A DNA stretch of 64,000 nucleotides from Leucoraja erinacea. Its lineage: Eukaryota. A program made the position numbers and the translations under genes. The stretch lies in assembly GCF_028641065.1 (NCBI RefSeq), contig NC_073383.1, forward strand, positions 65,658,001 to 65,722,000. The letters are read 5' to 3'. Shown in pieces: positions 12,655 through 25,600 of the stretch. Under the pieces are notes generated by a model. It searched no databases. It was given only the letters and a program-made list of their open reading frames with translations, and was not told the origin of the DNA. How positions within the stretch are numbered: position 1 is the first letter of the stretch; the number at the start of each line of letters is the position of its first letter.

Positions 12655-13702
12655 CCATGCAGTTGGTGCTCTAGGATGACGGGAGATTTCATAGCGTGAT
12701 TTTGTGAATCTCCTTGCAAATTGCAATGTCTTAGCCTGATTCTGCAGAGCTCTAGGGTATCCCATCTGAGAGAAGTCAGTATATTATTCACGCTTGATTT
12801 GCGCTTGTAGTCATTACATACAAAGCGGGCTGCTCGGCGTTGTACTTTCTCCAGGGTGATCTTGTTGTTGTTGTTGAAAGGATCCCACATAGCTCCACAA
12901 TACTCCAATTTGGGCCTGACCAAGGACTTGTATGCATTCTCTTTGACAAATGTACTACATGCGTGAAAATATATCTTGAGAAGGCCGAGAGTTCTATTTA
13001 CCTTGTTAGACACTTGATTAATATGCATCGCCCAACTTAAATCTTTGCTTAATTTGACTCCTAAACATGGGTGATGGTCGACAGCAAGCAATGTACGGCT
13101 ACCCATGTTGTATTCCAATAAAAGTGGTTTGATCTTGTGTGAAACATGCATGGTATGACATTTGGTTGTATTGAATGACATCAGTTTATTTATCCATGTG
13201 TGTATATATTTATATCATGGTATATGGACACACTTATCTGTTTTGTAGTAAATGCCTACTATGTTCGGTGTGCTGAAGCAAAGCAAGAATTTCATTGTCC
13301 TATCAGGGACACATGACAATAAACTCACTTGAACTTGAACTTGAACTCTGCTAGGTTTTCCACACTCACAGAGAGCATCCAAATCCTTCTGTCAGGACAA
13401 GCTGTCTTCTCGTGTTTTAATCTCTCTATAAATTACGGCATCATCTGCAAAGAGTTGAACTCTGGACAAAACTACATTTGGGATGTCATTGAAATACAGT
13501 TGGAAGAGCAATGGACCCATGGCAGTCTATGTGGTACACCTGATGTCACAGAAGTTTCAATAGACGTCTCTCCCTCCAAGGGAACTCGCTGGTGTCTCCT
13601 TGTCAAAAAAGATCTCAATCCATTTTAAGAGGTTGCTGTCTATCCCTACATGGTTGAGCTTGTACAGGGGCCGCTTATGGGGAACCTTATCAAAAGCCTT
13701 CT
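12655..13702 (-). mobile_element. Divergent CR1-group LINE RT fragment, interrupted at ~13182-13345 by a short LINE 3' end with a (ACTTGA)n tail
   Basis: KAFDKVPH, SGVP, LFADDAVIY and AYKSLVRPKLEYCGAMWDP...LEKVQRRAARFV motifs, clearly different from the other CR1 copies in the window. Confidence 0.8.
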
Positions 13703-14003
13703 ACGACTATGCCTCTATGTCTCTATGACTCCGAGCCTCTATGTCTCTATGACTCCGTGCCTCTATGTCTCTATGACTATGTCTGACTATGTCGCTATGC
13801 CTCTATGACAATGTCTCCAGCCTCGATGACTCTGTCTCTATGTTGCTATACCTCTGTCTCTATTACTGTGTCTATATGTCCAGCCTCAATGACTGTCTCG
13901 ATGTTGCTATACCTCTATAGCTCTGTCTCTATTACTGTGTCTATATGTCCCAATGACGATATGACTATGTCTCTATGTCCTTATATCTCTATGACTCCAT
14001 GAC
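13703..14003 (+). repeat. Degenerate (CTATGT/CTATGA/CTCT)n simple repeat
   Basis: Same unit as the CR1 tail at ~12570-12660, and directly abuts the promoter. Confidence 0.85.
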
Positions 14004-14009
14004 TTTAAT

Positions 14010-14505
14010 TGTCACTGCCACCCGCAGGAACTACATTTCCCAGGAGCCTCGGTGATCGCGAGAGGAGGCTGCGACTGAGGCAATGATGTGACGTGAGCGA
14101 GCCCCGGGGACAGTAGCGGAGCTGGTGCCGAGGAGAAGGTGTTGGTGCTGATGCGGGATGGCAGCGAGAAGCTGAGGATGCAGATGCTAAGCCGGCAAGC
14201 ACCGCTGTCTGTTTCGCAGGAGCGCCCGCTGACTGACCTTGAGAAGTTAATGCATTGATCTTGAAGTGTTATTATCATCGCCAGTATCAGTTTATTTTCT
14301 TTTAAATGTAACGCTCACAGTTGCACATCTTGATTCAGAAACCGTAGCATCTTTAGTGACTAAAGAGGATTGCAGTGCATTGATTGCTGCCATGTTCAGC
14401 GAGAGGTGAAGGGCTCCTCCCGCATTCTCCGCGTTGGATCTATTCCCTTTTACCTCCTCGGAGGTTTGCTGGTGATCCCGCATTGTTGCTGGCAAAAGGC
14501 GAGAG
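14010..14505 (+). promoter_or_regulatory. CpG-rich promoter / 5' UTR of the KIF5 gene
   Basis: Abrupt change from a simple repeat to GC/CpG-rich unique sequence directly upstream of the ATG, with clustered promoter motifs. The TSS cannot be determined from sequence. Confidence 0.75.
14030..14048 (+). promoter_or_regulatory. ZNF143/THAP11-type (SBS) promoter motif
   Basis: ACTACATTTCCCAGGAGCC matches the ACTACAnnTCCCA consensus. Nearby are TCGCGAGA (14056-14063, BANP/ZBTB33-like) and TGACGTGA (14089-14096, CRE-like). Confidence 0.7.
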
Positions 14506-14634
14506 ATGGCGGACCCAGCTGAATGCAGCATTAAAGTAATGTGCCGATTCAGGCCGTTGAATCAGTCAGAGATCCTGAGAGGAGACAAGTTCATCCCGAA
14601 ATTTAAGGGCGACGACACAGTCAATCTTCTTGGG
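14506..14634 (+). CDS. KIF5C: Kinesin-1 heavy chain (KIF5C-like), coding exon 1
   Basis: Translates as [43 protein letters not shown], the kinesin-1 motor N-terminus. [15 protein letters not shown] and IPKFKG fit KIF5C better than KIF5A/B. Good Kozak context (gagATGG). Ends at a phase-0 donor GGG|GTAGGT where vertebrate KIF5 genes have intron 1. Paralog call rests on 43 aa only. Confidence 0.9.
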
Positions 14635-17600
14635 GTAGGTTTTTGCTTCCCGTTTGGGGGGAAAAAAAAACCCTCGAGAGGTTTTTTTGTTGGAATTAAA
14701 GTTATTTTGTAGGATTTAATGGATTATGTTGTATTGTTTGGCGCAGGATAATCGCTGTAATGTAATCTTGGTTTCTGCTGCCAATGCACAATCGGTGTGT
14801 CTGGGGCGTGATGAGATGTCCAATGTGATTAGTCACGAAATGAACAACGATTGTCTAGTGTTTTGTGTTCAATGTTATGTACATTATTCACTTAGAAATA
14901 CGGTGTGACCTGATGAGATTTGATTGCAGATGATCTGTGCGCATTTTTCTTTTATTTAGACAGGTAACCTCTCCCGACAGATTTCCGTCTTTCATGTTTC
15001 ATTGTTAAACCAAACTCCAGGTAAACGCCATAACTAAAATCAATTGTGACTGCTTTAAACGAGCGATAGCGAAGGGATATCAGAATTGATTGTATCCTCG
15101 TTGGAATTGGAACCACCCCAGAGAAGGGGAAAATAAACAATGCATCAGAAGCAAAGAGTAATTTTAAATACACTTTAGTCGAATTACTGGGAAACGTCAC
15201 ATTTTCTATTGCTTATTAGTATGGAAGGGAGCAGGGGGTTATAATTATCGATCAGCCTGTGCCAATCAATGCAAGGATGCTTGTTAGTGGGAAATCTGTT
15301 GAGATTAAAGCGATTGCCTATTTGGTCACCTTTGGTGTCACTTTAGTGGGTTTTTTTTTGTTTTTTCTTGCAAGGGCGATTGCAAACATCCTCGCCGTTT
15401 CTCCCTGGTTCTGCAGCCTGAAATTGATCAACATGATGTCATTGGACGCAGGGAGCAAGCGCAGTTCTGCCTCCTGTGGCATTCACTCGCACTGCTCATG
15501 GGGGGGAACCCACCCATTGGCAGCAAATCGACCTGCACTCTGCAGAATTGATTTATAAATTGTGACTGATGGCTTCTGCCGCCCCATTTCCGGGTGCTGG
15601 TTCTTCTCGGGTGCCTGCACTCCGGAATGATGCCCCATGGAACAGATTGGGAATTGAGTGCTTGGCATCCATGATATTGTGGATACTAAAAGAGCCAGGT
15701 TCAAGGTGGCAGGCAGCACTGCACAGTGATCTTGGCTGGAGAATGAGGCTCATTTGCTTCCACCATTTTCCCCATAGCCTTGGGTACCTTGCACGCTATT
15801 GTATAACTGACACCAGCCAAGTCAGACCAGTTAATTGTAAGTCCACCGCCTTATACATTATTATATCCTCATTGTCTTTTGACACTGGTGCATTGTGGAA
15901 TATTGACAAGTGTTATGTGTATCATTACTCGGTCTGCACCTAGATAAAAGCCATTTAATCACAACTGATCCATGTTTCCTGTGAATATCCCCCATTCACT
16001 GCCATATCAGCAGATCCCTCTATTAATTTATTCTTCCTGTGTTTATTCTCAAGTCGTCCATGTGATTCACTTCAGTTGCTTGAGTCAGTGAGCTCCATGT
16101 ATTCTTGCCAGCCTTTGGGGAAATAAATGTCTTCTAAATTCATCTGTGGATTAACTGGTGGCTATGTTCGATTTGTGGACCCTGCTTTTGATTCATCTCA
16201 GTGAAAGCACCTTTATTTGTTTAAAAACAGTTTGTAATCACAATGACCTCTATTAAAGTAATTCCTCTCAAAATGATCTTTGAATCTTTAAGCTTTTCAG
16301 GTATCTTTCCGGTTCAACTCTTGTAAATCTTTTTATTTGTGTGAGATTTAAAAGGTTGAAATATTCCATGAATATAAGTACAAATGATCTGAATGATTTG
16401 GGCCATTGTCACTTCTAAGATGGGTGCCTTTTTTCCCCTCTTTGTTTACAAGAGCCTACAGGGAAACTCACATGGGGAAGTGATAAACATAATCTATACA
16501 GAGTAAAAGCTCCTCTTACTGGAATTAAGCCTGATTGTTATAGTTGTTACAGTGAAATATGACCAACTTTCTTTGTAATGTAATACCAGGATGTTTGAAA
16601 GGGAGGAAGCAAATGATAAGGATGGTGAGGAAGAAAAAATCCATACTGACTGGTTAAGTGTCTTTTCCATTTTTAAAGTCATTGTACATGGATCTGCAGC
16701 AGTTTCAATGACAAGCCAAAGGTTTCGATATTGTTTGATATGGATTAACAATAACATTCCAGCATGCTATTGGACTGCCATTTTTGTGTTATTGCAGTAG
16801 AATGCACAAAGCAGCATTTGAGTGTAATTTGAGATTGCTGCTTTCATCTATGTCCATGCTGAGGATACAGCCTGCATCTCTTGGGGACTTACACTTCTCA
16901 TTGTATTACTGCAGACAGTACAAGTGATCTTTTTTAACATTTTAAATTTAATGAGGTCCCAAGACATCCTTTGGAACAGTTGCGTTTTACCTAACATGAC
17001 CAATTTTGCCAGGGGTTTTCATGCTAGCATACTGAGCTACATAATTTCCCAATCTGTTTCCTAGATATGAAGCTAGCAATGCTAAATTCTGTTGTAGACC
17101 GACAATATTCTCAGTGAAACATGCTGGCGTGAAATGATTGTTCCTATCTATGATGTACTTCACAGACATTTCACAATACACTTTTCACAAATTTATCTTT
17201 CCAATAGAATTACCGAATAAACATTCTTATTTCTGACTTTGACTTACGGTTAATGTAGTGAATTTTATATATTTTTTTTTAAATCAATTGATGGATAAGT
17301 TGAAAGCTAAATCTTTGCACTCAAGAATCAAATGCATACGACACAAACAAAATATTATGAAACCGTGCATTAGCATCAGCAATTGAATAAATACTGTGAT
17401 TGCCTGTCAACCAAGTAATCCCATATGTGAAGTAGAAGTTGGGAGCAGGAAGGAGGGATTGGGGAGCTTGGAATGAGTTTGAGCCATATTTAGAAATTTG
17501 CAGTGTGTGCTTTTGAGTTCAATATGCTAACTGTCGACTAATAAAAGAGCATAGACTAGTAAAAGATTGGCTGCCCATTCAGCGGAAGCATTTAGTTACT

Positions 17601-18299
17601 CCAGCTTTTTTGTCTATCTTCCATTTAAGGAGTGGATGGGTGGTTTGGTAAGTGAAGAAAACAAAGCCAGTACTTAGCATGTTACTGTGAAGGCAAAAGA
17701 TTGGGCTGTTAATAAATCAGTTCCATTTTAAGTTTGTCACCTTGAAGGAGTGTTATCTTTGTTATCTTTTATTGGGGGGGGGGGAGAAAGTAATTAAAAT
17801 ATCCAAGGTTTTGTTTGTCGACCAGCTGAAGATATCTAGAAATTAAAGGATAACGTGGAGTTAAACAGTAATGATCATTATCTGATTGTATATTCCTTTT
17901 TGTGTTTATGTATGGAAAGACATAACATTTCCAGGTATTATCCATATCAATTAATGGTGTGCTTTTGAACTTTTTCCAAAAGTTATTCCTTAAAATGCTG
18001 GGAGATCAAAGGCCAAACGTGTTTGCAAATTTCTGAAAAACACAAGGGCACTAAAGCAATAATCGTGGGAGATTTCGATGATCCAACCTTTAAATAGGAT
18101 GCTGTCAGTGTGAATGACAGAGTACACAGAATTCTTAAATTGTATTTAAGAGATTTAATTAAAAAAAACAATTAACTAATAAGCCCAAACAAAGGATGGG
18201 AGGTGTAATTCTGGATTCGGCTTTCGGTTATGAAGATGGGCAGGTGGAAGGAATGTCTGTAACAGACCTATTGTGTGAGAGTAATCATAATTCAGCTAA

Positions 18300-18398
18300 G
18301 TCTCCAGTCTGAAGAATGGTCTCGACCCGAAACGTCACCCATTCCTTCTTTCCAGAGATGCTGCCTGTCCCACTGAATTACTCCAGTTTTTTGTGTCT
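18300..18398 (+). mobile_element. Short PLE-derived element with hammerhead motif
   Basis: CTGAAGA...GAAACGTC at 18309-18336. 13-bp duplication ATAATTCAGCTAA (18287-18299, 18399-18411). Confidence 0.75.
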
Positions 18399-18574
18399 AT
18401 AATTCAGCTAAATATTGCAGAGATATGGAAAGGGACAAAGATAAAACAAAGTAGACATGAGGAACTGCTGGAATAAAACAAAGTAGACAGATGCTGGAAT
18501 CTTGAGCAAAGACACAGTGTTCTAAATTGGAGAAGATCCCATGTTTTAAGACTGAGAAAAGTGGCCAGGAAATG

Positions 18575-21380
18575 ACTCTGGCGACTGTGCAATCCTGCTC
18601 CTTCTCGACCTCAGCGCAGCATTTGATACAGTCAACCACACCATCCTAATTGACCATCTCCGGTACGTGGTTGGTATTGATGGCACTGCCCTGAGCTGGT
18701 TCGTCTCCTACCTCAAAGATAGGAGTTTCTCTACAAACATAGGCAGCTCGTTCTCCTCCCCAGCTAGCCTTTGCTGCGGGGTTCCACAAGGCTCCATCCT
18801 AGGCACCATTTTCTTCTCCCTGTATATGCTCCCCTTAGGCCAAGTCATTCAAATGCACGGCATTTCCTTCCACTGCTATGCAACTCTATCTCCCCCTGAA
18901 ACCCAACAACCGATCAAATCTCCTCGGCCTTATCCACTGCCTCGAGGATATAAAGTGTTGGATGGCCCAGATCGTCCTCCAACTAAACGAGAGTAATTCT
19001 GCGGTCATCCCACTCGGCCCCTTGGACTCCATCAAAATGATAGCAGGCAGCCTTGGAAGCCTTATCCCATTACTCAAAGCACGTCAAAAACCTTGGCGTG
19101 ATATTTGACTCCGCGTTGAAATTTGACAAACAAGTCAATGCCATGGTAAAAGCTAGCTTCTTCCAGCCTCGGACGATAGCGAAAATAAAACCTTTCCTCC
19201 AAATTGACGACCTCGAAAAGGTCATCATTTATCTCCTCCCGCCTTGATTACCGCAACTCCCTTTACACTGGCATCAGGCAATCATCCCTGTCCCGCCTAC
19301 AATTGGTCCAAAATGCCGCAGCGAGACTCCTGACGGGCACCCGAAAAAGGAACCACATCACCCCGATTCTGGCCTTTCTCCACTGTCTCCCAGTGCAGTT
19401 CTGAATAGAAACATGGAAAATAGGTGCAGGAGTAGGCCATTCGGCCCTTCGAGCCGGCACCACCATTCAATATGATCATGGCTGATCATCCAACTCGGTA
19501 TCCTGTACCTGCCTTCTCTCCATACCCCCTGATACCTTTAGCCACAAGGGCCACATCTAACTCCCTCTTAAATATAGCCAATGAACTAGCCTCAATTACC
19601 CTCTGTGGCAGAGAATTCCAGAGATTCACCACTCTCTGTGTGAAAAATGTTTTTCTCATCTCGGTCCTAAAAATTTCCCCCTTATCTTTAAACTGTGACC
19701 CCTTGTTCTGGACTTCCCCAACATCGGAAACAATCTTCCTGCATCTAGCCTGTCCAACCCCTTAAGAATATTGTAAGTTTCTATATGATCCCCCCTCAAT
19801 CTTCTAAATTCTAGCGAGTACAAGCCGAGTCTATCCAGTCTTTCTTCATATGAAAGTCCTGTCATCCCAGGAATCAGTCTGGTGAACCTTCTCTGCACTC
19901 CCTCTATGGCAAGAATGTCTTTCTTCAGATTAGGAGACCAAAACTGTACGCAATACTCTAGGTGTGGTCTCACCAAGACCCTGTACAACTGCAGTAGAAC
20001 CTCCCTGTTCCTATACTCAAATCCTTTTGCTATGAATGCTAACATACCATTTGCTTTCTTCACTGCCTGCGGCACCTGCATGCCTACTTTCAATGACTGG
20101 TGTACCATGACACCCAGGTCTCGTTGCATCTCCCCTTTTCCTAATAGGCCACCATTCAGATAATAGTCTACTTTCCTGTTTTTGCCACCAAAGTGGATAA
20201 CCTCACATTTATCCACATTATACTGCATCTGCCATGCATTTGCCCACTCACCCAGCCTATTCAAGTCACCTTGCAGCCTCCTGGCATCCTCCTCATAGCT
20301 AACACTGCCCCCCAGCTTCGTGTCATCCGCAAACTTGGAGATGTTGCATTCAATTCCCTCGTCCAAATCATTAATATATAGTGTAAATAGCTGGGGTCCC
20401 ACACTGAGCCTTGCGGTACCCCACTAGTCACTGCCTGCCATTCTGAAAAGGACCCGTTTACTCCTACTCTTTGCTTCCTGTCTGCCAGCCAGTTCCCTAT
20501 CCACGTCAATACTGAACCCCCAATACTGTGTGCTTTAAGTTTGTATACTAATCTCTTATGTGGGACCTTGTCGAAAGCCTTCTGAAAGTCCAGATATAAC
20601 ACATCCACTGGTTCTCCCTTATCCAGTTCTCCCTACTAGTTACATCCTCGAAAAATTCTATAAGATTCGTCAGACATGATTTACCCTTCATAAATCCATG
20701 CTGACTTTGTCCAATGATTTCACCACTTTCCAAATGTGCTGCTACCCCATCTTTAATAATTGATTCTAGCAGTTTCCCCACTACCGATGTTAGACTAGGT
20801 CTGTAATTCCCCGTTTTCTCACCCTCCCTTTTTAAAAAGTGGGATTACATTAGTTACCCTCCAATCCTCAGGAACTACTCCAGAATCTAAAGAATTTTGA
20901 AAAATTATCACTAATGCATCCACTATTTCTGGGGCTATTGAATCAATTTCAAACTCCTTCCTTTTGTATACAAAGCCCTTAACGGGCTTGCCCCCACCTA
21001 CATCAAAAATCTGCTTACCCACCATACCACCTCCAGGTCCCTCAGATTGGCCGACTTGGGGTTACTGACCATCCCGCGTAGGCATAAGCTCAGGGGCGAC
21101 CACGCTTTTGTGGTTGCAGCACCCAGACTATGGAACAGCATCCTCTTCCCATCAGAACTGTCCCTCAATCAACTCTTTTAAGTCTAGACTTAAAATTTAT
21201 TTCTACTCTCAAGTCTTTCTTGAGGTCCTCTGATGGAGTGCTGTATGTATGTATTTATGTAAGTATTGTTGATCTATGTACCATTGTTTGTAGCATGTTA
21301 GTACCTGCACTAATGTAAAGCACTTTGGTCAATGAGAGTTGTTTATCTAAATGTGCTATAGAAATAAAATTGACTTGACT
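18575..21380 (+). mobile_element. L2-clade LINE fragment split by a CR1 insertion
   Basis: LLDLSAAFDTV, GVPQGSILG, SRLDY-NSL and LQLVQNAAAR motifs (18575-19404) resume at ~20938. Ends AATAAAATTGACTTGACT. Confidence 0.8.
19405..20937 (-). mobile_element. CR1 (HER1-like) LINE, 5'-truncated
   Basis: YLDFQKAFDKVPH, GVPQGSV, SKFADDTKL and LVRPHLEYCVQFWSP in frameshifted ORFs. Conserved 3' UTR. Confidence 0.9.
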
Positions 21381-22199
21381 ACTTGAAAGTAAATGGATCA
21401 CAGAGCAGTGGGAAACATTGGTGAAGAATATTTGAGGAGCTCTGGGTGACATGTTCCATACAAAGAGAAGCCCTGAGCTTCCTGATTATCAACATTCTCA
21501 GAAGGCAGGATAAGGTAAAAAGGAATACTTGCATCAGAAACTGAGAGCTTAATATAACAACATGTCTGGGAGATTATATAATGTAATATATGAATGTAAG
21601 CATGACATTGAAAGAGAAATTAGGAAAACAAAGTGTGATAAGCATTGGCAAGTAAGATCAAATATGCTTTTTGTTCTGCTTAAAGAACAAGACGACAACT
21701 TTAGAAGGGCCTGTTAGGGATGGTGAAGGGAAACTCTGAATTCAAAGGTTGTTAGGCACTCTTAATTTGGAAAAAAATGGACAAGAGTGAAACATTGAAT
21801 GTGATAAATATAATGAAAAAGGAAGCATTAAATAAAAGGGCTTGGCTAATATGAAAATTGATAAATTGCATTGAGGTTCTGCTAGAACTCTAAACTGCAC
21901 TGGTTAATACCGAGGTGTAGCACTGGCTGCACCTTCGGAGGGGAGCGCACCTGGGATGCCAGGTGTTGCTGTTGAGCCCTCTGGAGGTGTTGTGGGCATA
22001 TCAACGAAACACCAAGGGAGGAGGGTGCCCATCTGATGACCCCAATGAGGTCCTTACCCCTACCTCCACTCAAGATATTAGGAAGGTGCCAATTTTAATA
22101 GGGATTGTAATATCAAGTCCTATAAGCTCAACTGGTCACATTATTGGAAATATGTGATGACACTGCAGGAGAGGTTTATGATGATGCTGCCAACACCAG

Positions 22200-22342
22200 T
22201 AAATTGTCCATCGCAGGTGATAGACTACTGACCGACATCCACTATAAACCCACTGACTCCCATGGCTATCTGGACTACACTTCTTCCCACCATGTTTCCT
22301 GTAATGATTCCATCCCCTCCTCCCAATTCCTCTGTCTCACTT
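22200..22342 (+). mobile_element. Penelope-like RT thumb fragment
   Basis: LLTDIHYKPTDSHGYLDYTSSHHVSCNDSIPSSQFL matches the PLE RT YxKPT...YL...SxH motif. Confidence 0.7.
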
Positions 22343-22387
22343 GAATAAACTCACTTGAACATGAAAAACATTAAACTATGAATGCAG

Positions 22388-22618
22388 ATGGACACAAAAT
22401 GCTGGAGTAACTCAGCGGGTCAGGCAGCATCTCTGGAGAAATGGAATAGGTGACGTTTCAGGTTGGAATCTTTCTTCAGAGTGAAGAAGGGTTCCAACCG
22501 GAAATGTCACCTATTCTTTATCTCCAGAGATGCTGCCTGACCTGCTGAGTTACTCCAGCATTTGGTGTCTATCTTTGGTTTCAACTAGCATCTGCAATTC
22601 CTTCCTACACGTTCCTAC
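22388..22618. mobile_element. Short palindromic PLE-derived element
   Basis: Long inverted arms centred near 22480. Similar copies or half-copies at ~1-95, 12350-12447, 23608-23790, 24410-24675, 37817-37945, 41830-42012, 42301-42396, 43278-43366, 49848-50294 and 59878-60062. Confidence 0.75.
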
Positions 22619-25600
22619 AAACTAGGAAGGCAGTTCAGTTTAGAGAAGCAAGAGGAAAATGTGATGGTAAGGTCTTTTAGAGTGCAGTGGAGCCATTTTG
22701 AATGCAAACTTGAAGACCATTGGCAGGTAAAATACTTGAATGCAATTATTCTGCAAAAAATCTATTAAAAAAATTTGGAAACGTTATAGTAAACAATTTA
22801 TCATCATGTTCCTCTATATTGTCCCTCTTTTGTCCAATCGCGTCAAAATATTCAGCAGACGAATAATATTTTTGCTGCACTTTCTTAATTAGGATAAATG
22901 AGATGCATTTTGGAAGCTGAAGTGTGACTTTGATGTGAAATTGCTCCTCCCCTTCGGATAATTTATCTGCCATTGACAAATCTATATCAGTAAATTAAAC
23001 AAAATTAGAGCACCTTTTGTGAGTCCAGAAAGGATTTTGAATGTAAAGGATGAAACTTCAACATGAGTGCAACGATATGATGTTGTTGCTATGGAGACAA
23101 GATATTGTATTGACATGAAGTAAGTGCAAAGATTTGGAGGTATCCATTTGTTTGCTATTGCATGAAATAGAACACAGAACAGTACAGCACAGGAACAGGC
23201 CCTTCAGCCCCCAATGTCTGTGGCGATCATGAAGCTATGCTAAACTGCTTTCACTCTATTTCCTGTATAGCCATGTGCCCATCTAAAAGCCCCACAAGTT
23301 CCACTATCGTGCCTGCTTCCATCACTACCCCTGGCAACACCTACCACCCGTGTGTGTAAAATAAAATATTTTGCCCCCATCTCCAACAATAAAAGCACAA
23401 AAAGCTGGAAATACACAGCAGGTTAGGCAGCATCTGTGAAGAGTGCAAGAGAGGATATTTCTACCTGAAATTTTATTGGGTTTTTTCTCCCCACTGCTGC
23501 AGACTTTTTTTGCTTTTCTTTTCATGTTTCCATCATCAACAGTTTTAAAAAACAGTTTACGGCAAAATCAAGGTTATCTTCTGCCTTTGAAAATTGTTTA
23601 TAGTTTCAAAATGCTGGAGTAACTCAGCAGGACAGGCCGCATCTCTGGAGAGAAGGAGTGGGTGATTTTTTCAGGCCGATACCCGAAATGTCACCCATTC
23701 TCTCCAGAGATGCTGCCTGTCCCACTGAGTTACTCCAGCATTTAGTATCTGTCTTTGGTTTAAACCAACATCTGCAGTTCCTTCCTACACATTTGAAAAA
23801 TTGTTGATAGGATTACATTATTTTAAATAATAAACTTATCAAAATGCTTGTTTCAGAAATACATATGTGCACCTGTCAAAGGAGGCACAGGTTGTAAATT
23901 GAGGTCCAGTTTGTCTTTAGTGCACATATAATTCTAACCTTTCTGTAAAGGATGATTGCAGCTCCCTTATGACTTTGTGCTGCTCTTAAGTAATGTTTAT
24001 CTTTATATGAAACTTGTTATTAAAGTATAAACTTGGATCACAACGAACAAATTAGACAAAAAAAATCTATCTAATCGGCATTGAACATTGGGGTAAAATA
24101 TATTTCTACAAGTCTACTAAACCAGTTACCAAGTAAAATTTTAATTTAAGATTGAAGATACTGTATGACTTTACCTGGGATGAAAAATGTTTACAATTGC
24201 TGTGATGGTTAAATCATCAAAATAATTGTAGGTCTTGTTGCCAATGCCTGGTCTCTTTATGTGAACACTCAAGTCTTAATTGTTACTAGAACCCGGTTAT
24301 TTTGTTGTCTAAAATCTACTGTATACATCAGGAATATAAATAAAACAGTCTTTATTGAATTAATACAAAAATAATCTGAGCCACTTCATAAATATACATG
24401 TAGAAACAGCGTGGATATGAGCAACTGCAGATAATGGTTTACACAAAAGGACACAGTGCTGGAGTAACTCGGGGCGTATGGCAACATCACTGGAGAATGT
24501 GAATAGGTGATATTTCGGGTCAGGCCCCTCTTTCAGGTTTGGAAAAGTGACATTTTGGAATCGGTACTCTTCTTCAGGTTTGAAGAATGGTCCCGACACA
24601 AAATGTCACGTAACGATGTTCTCCAGAGATGCTGTCTGACTAATTGAGTTACTCCAGCACTTTGTGTCTTTTCACAAAAATACATAGTCTCTTTCCTGTT
24701 TACTCACTTTTTCCTTGTCCCTTTTTATCAACTGCCTTGGCTGATAATGTATCAAATACCATGGTAAGACTCTGGTGTCTACAACTCATTTACTTGGTGG
24801 TAAATACGGCAACTCGCTGGAAAAAAAACATACAGCCAGAAGTTATCGATATATGTGGCTGGTTAAGTGACTTTGGTTCTGGCTACATCATTTGAACTGC
24901 ATATATATAAAATTAATAGCTGCATCATGAAGTCTGTGATTGTACTGCCAATGCTCCCATTTGAGGCCCTTTTAAAACTCCTTGGCTTTCAGTCCAGAAG
25001 TTCCACTGAGCATTTCAAGCAAAATTTAGAAATAATCCACTGATCAAGCAGTTAAAGTATTGCTTATTAATGAGCAAGTTTTTCAATCAATATTACTCAA
25101 GCAAATGGAGAAATAGGGAAAGATTTGTGGAAGTTGCATATATGAAATTTGCTTTGCATTAAAGCCAAATTGGACCCTGTTTGGTAACCTGCCACTTAAA
25201 GCTGATTATCTATTGACCTTTATCAAATTGTGCGCTATGTATTGTATTTGGCAATTGATCTAGCCATTAGTATACTTTTACTGCAGTGTCATTGTTGCTG
25301 CTGAGAATATATTCAACTGCACCAAATGTTGTGCACTCTTCCCAACAATTTTTGTAACAATACATGAGGTTTAAAACACAATGAACAAGAAAGCACAATC
25401 AATGCAACATTATCAGATACTTGTTTGTTTTCCAGAAATGGTTTGAAATTCATCATGCTTTCAACCTTATGATTAGTTAATTCCAAATGTAACATGAGTA
25501 TTCATTTTGTGTGTTTCTTTTATGTCTGGGAAAAATTTCAAGAACAACTTGAAATCCTTGCTATTGAGGCAGTGTAGCGTAGGTTCACAAGGTTAATCCC

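Noticed and set aside
14635-14712. ORF-track extension of the kinesin ORF ([12 protein letters not shown]...)
   Set aside because: Read-through into intron 1. Kinesin similarity stops at the GT donor.
22043-22065. CTGATGA hammerhead-like half core
   Set aside because: No GAAA follows a closing stem II.
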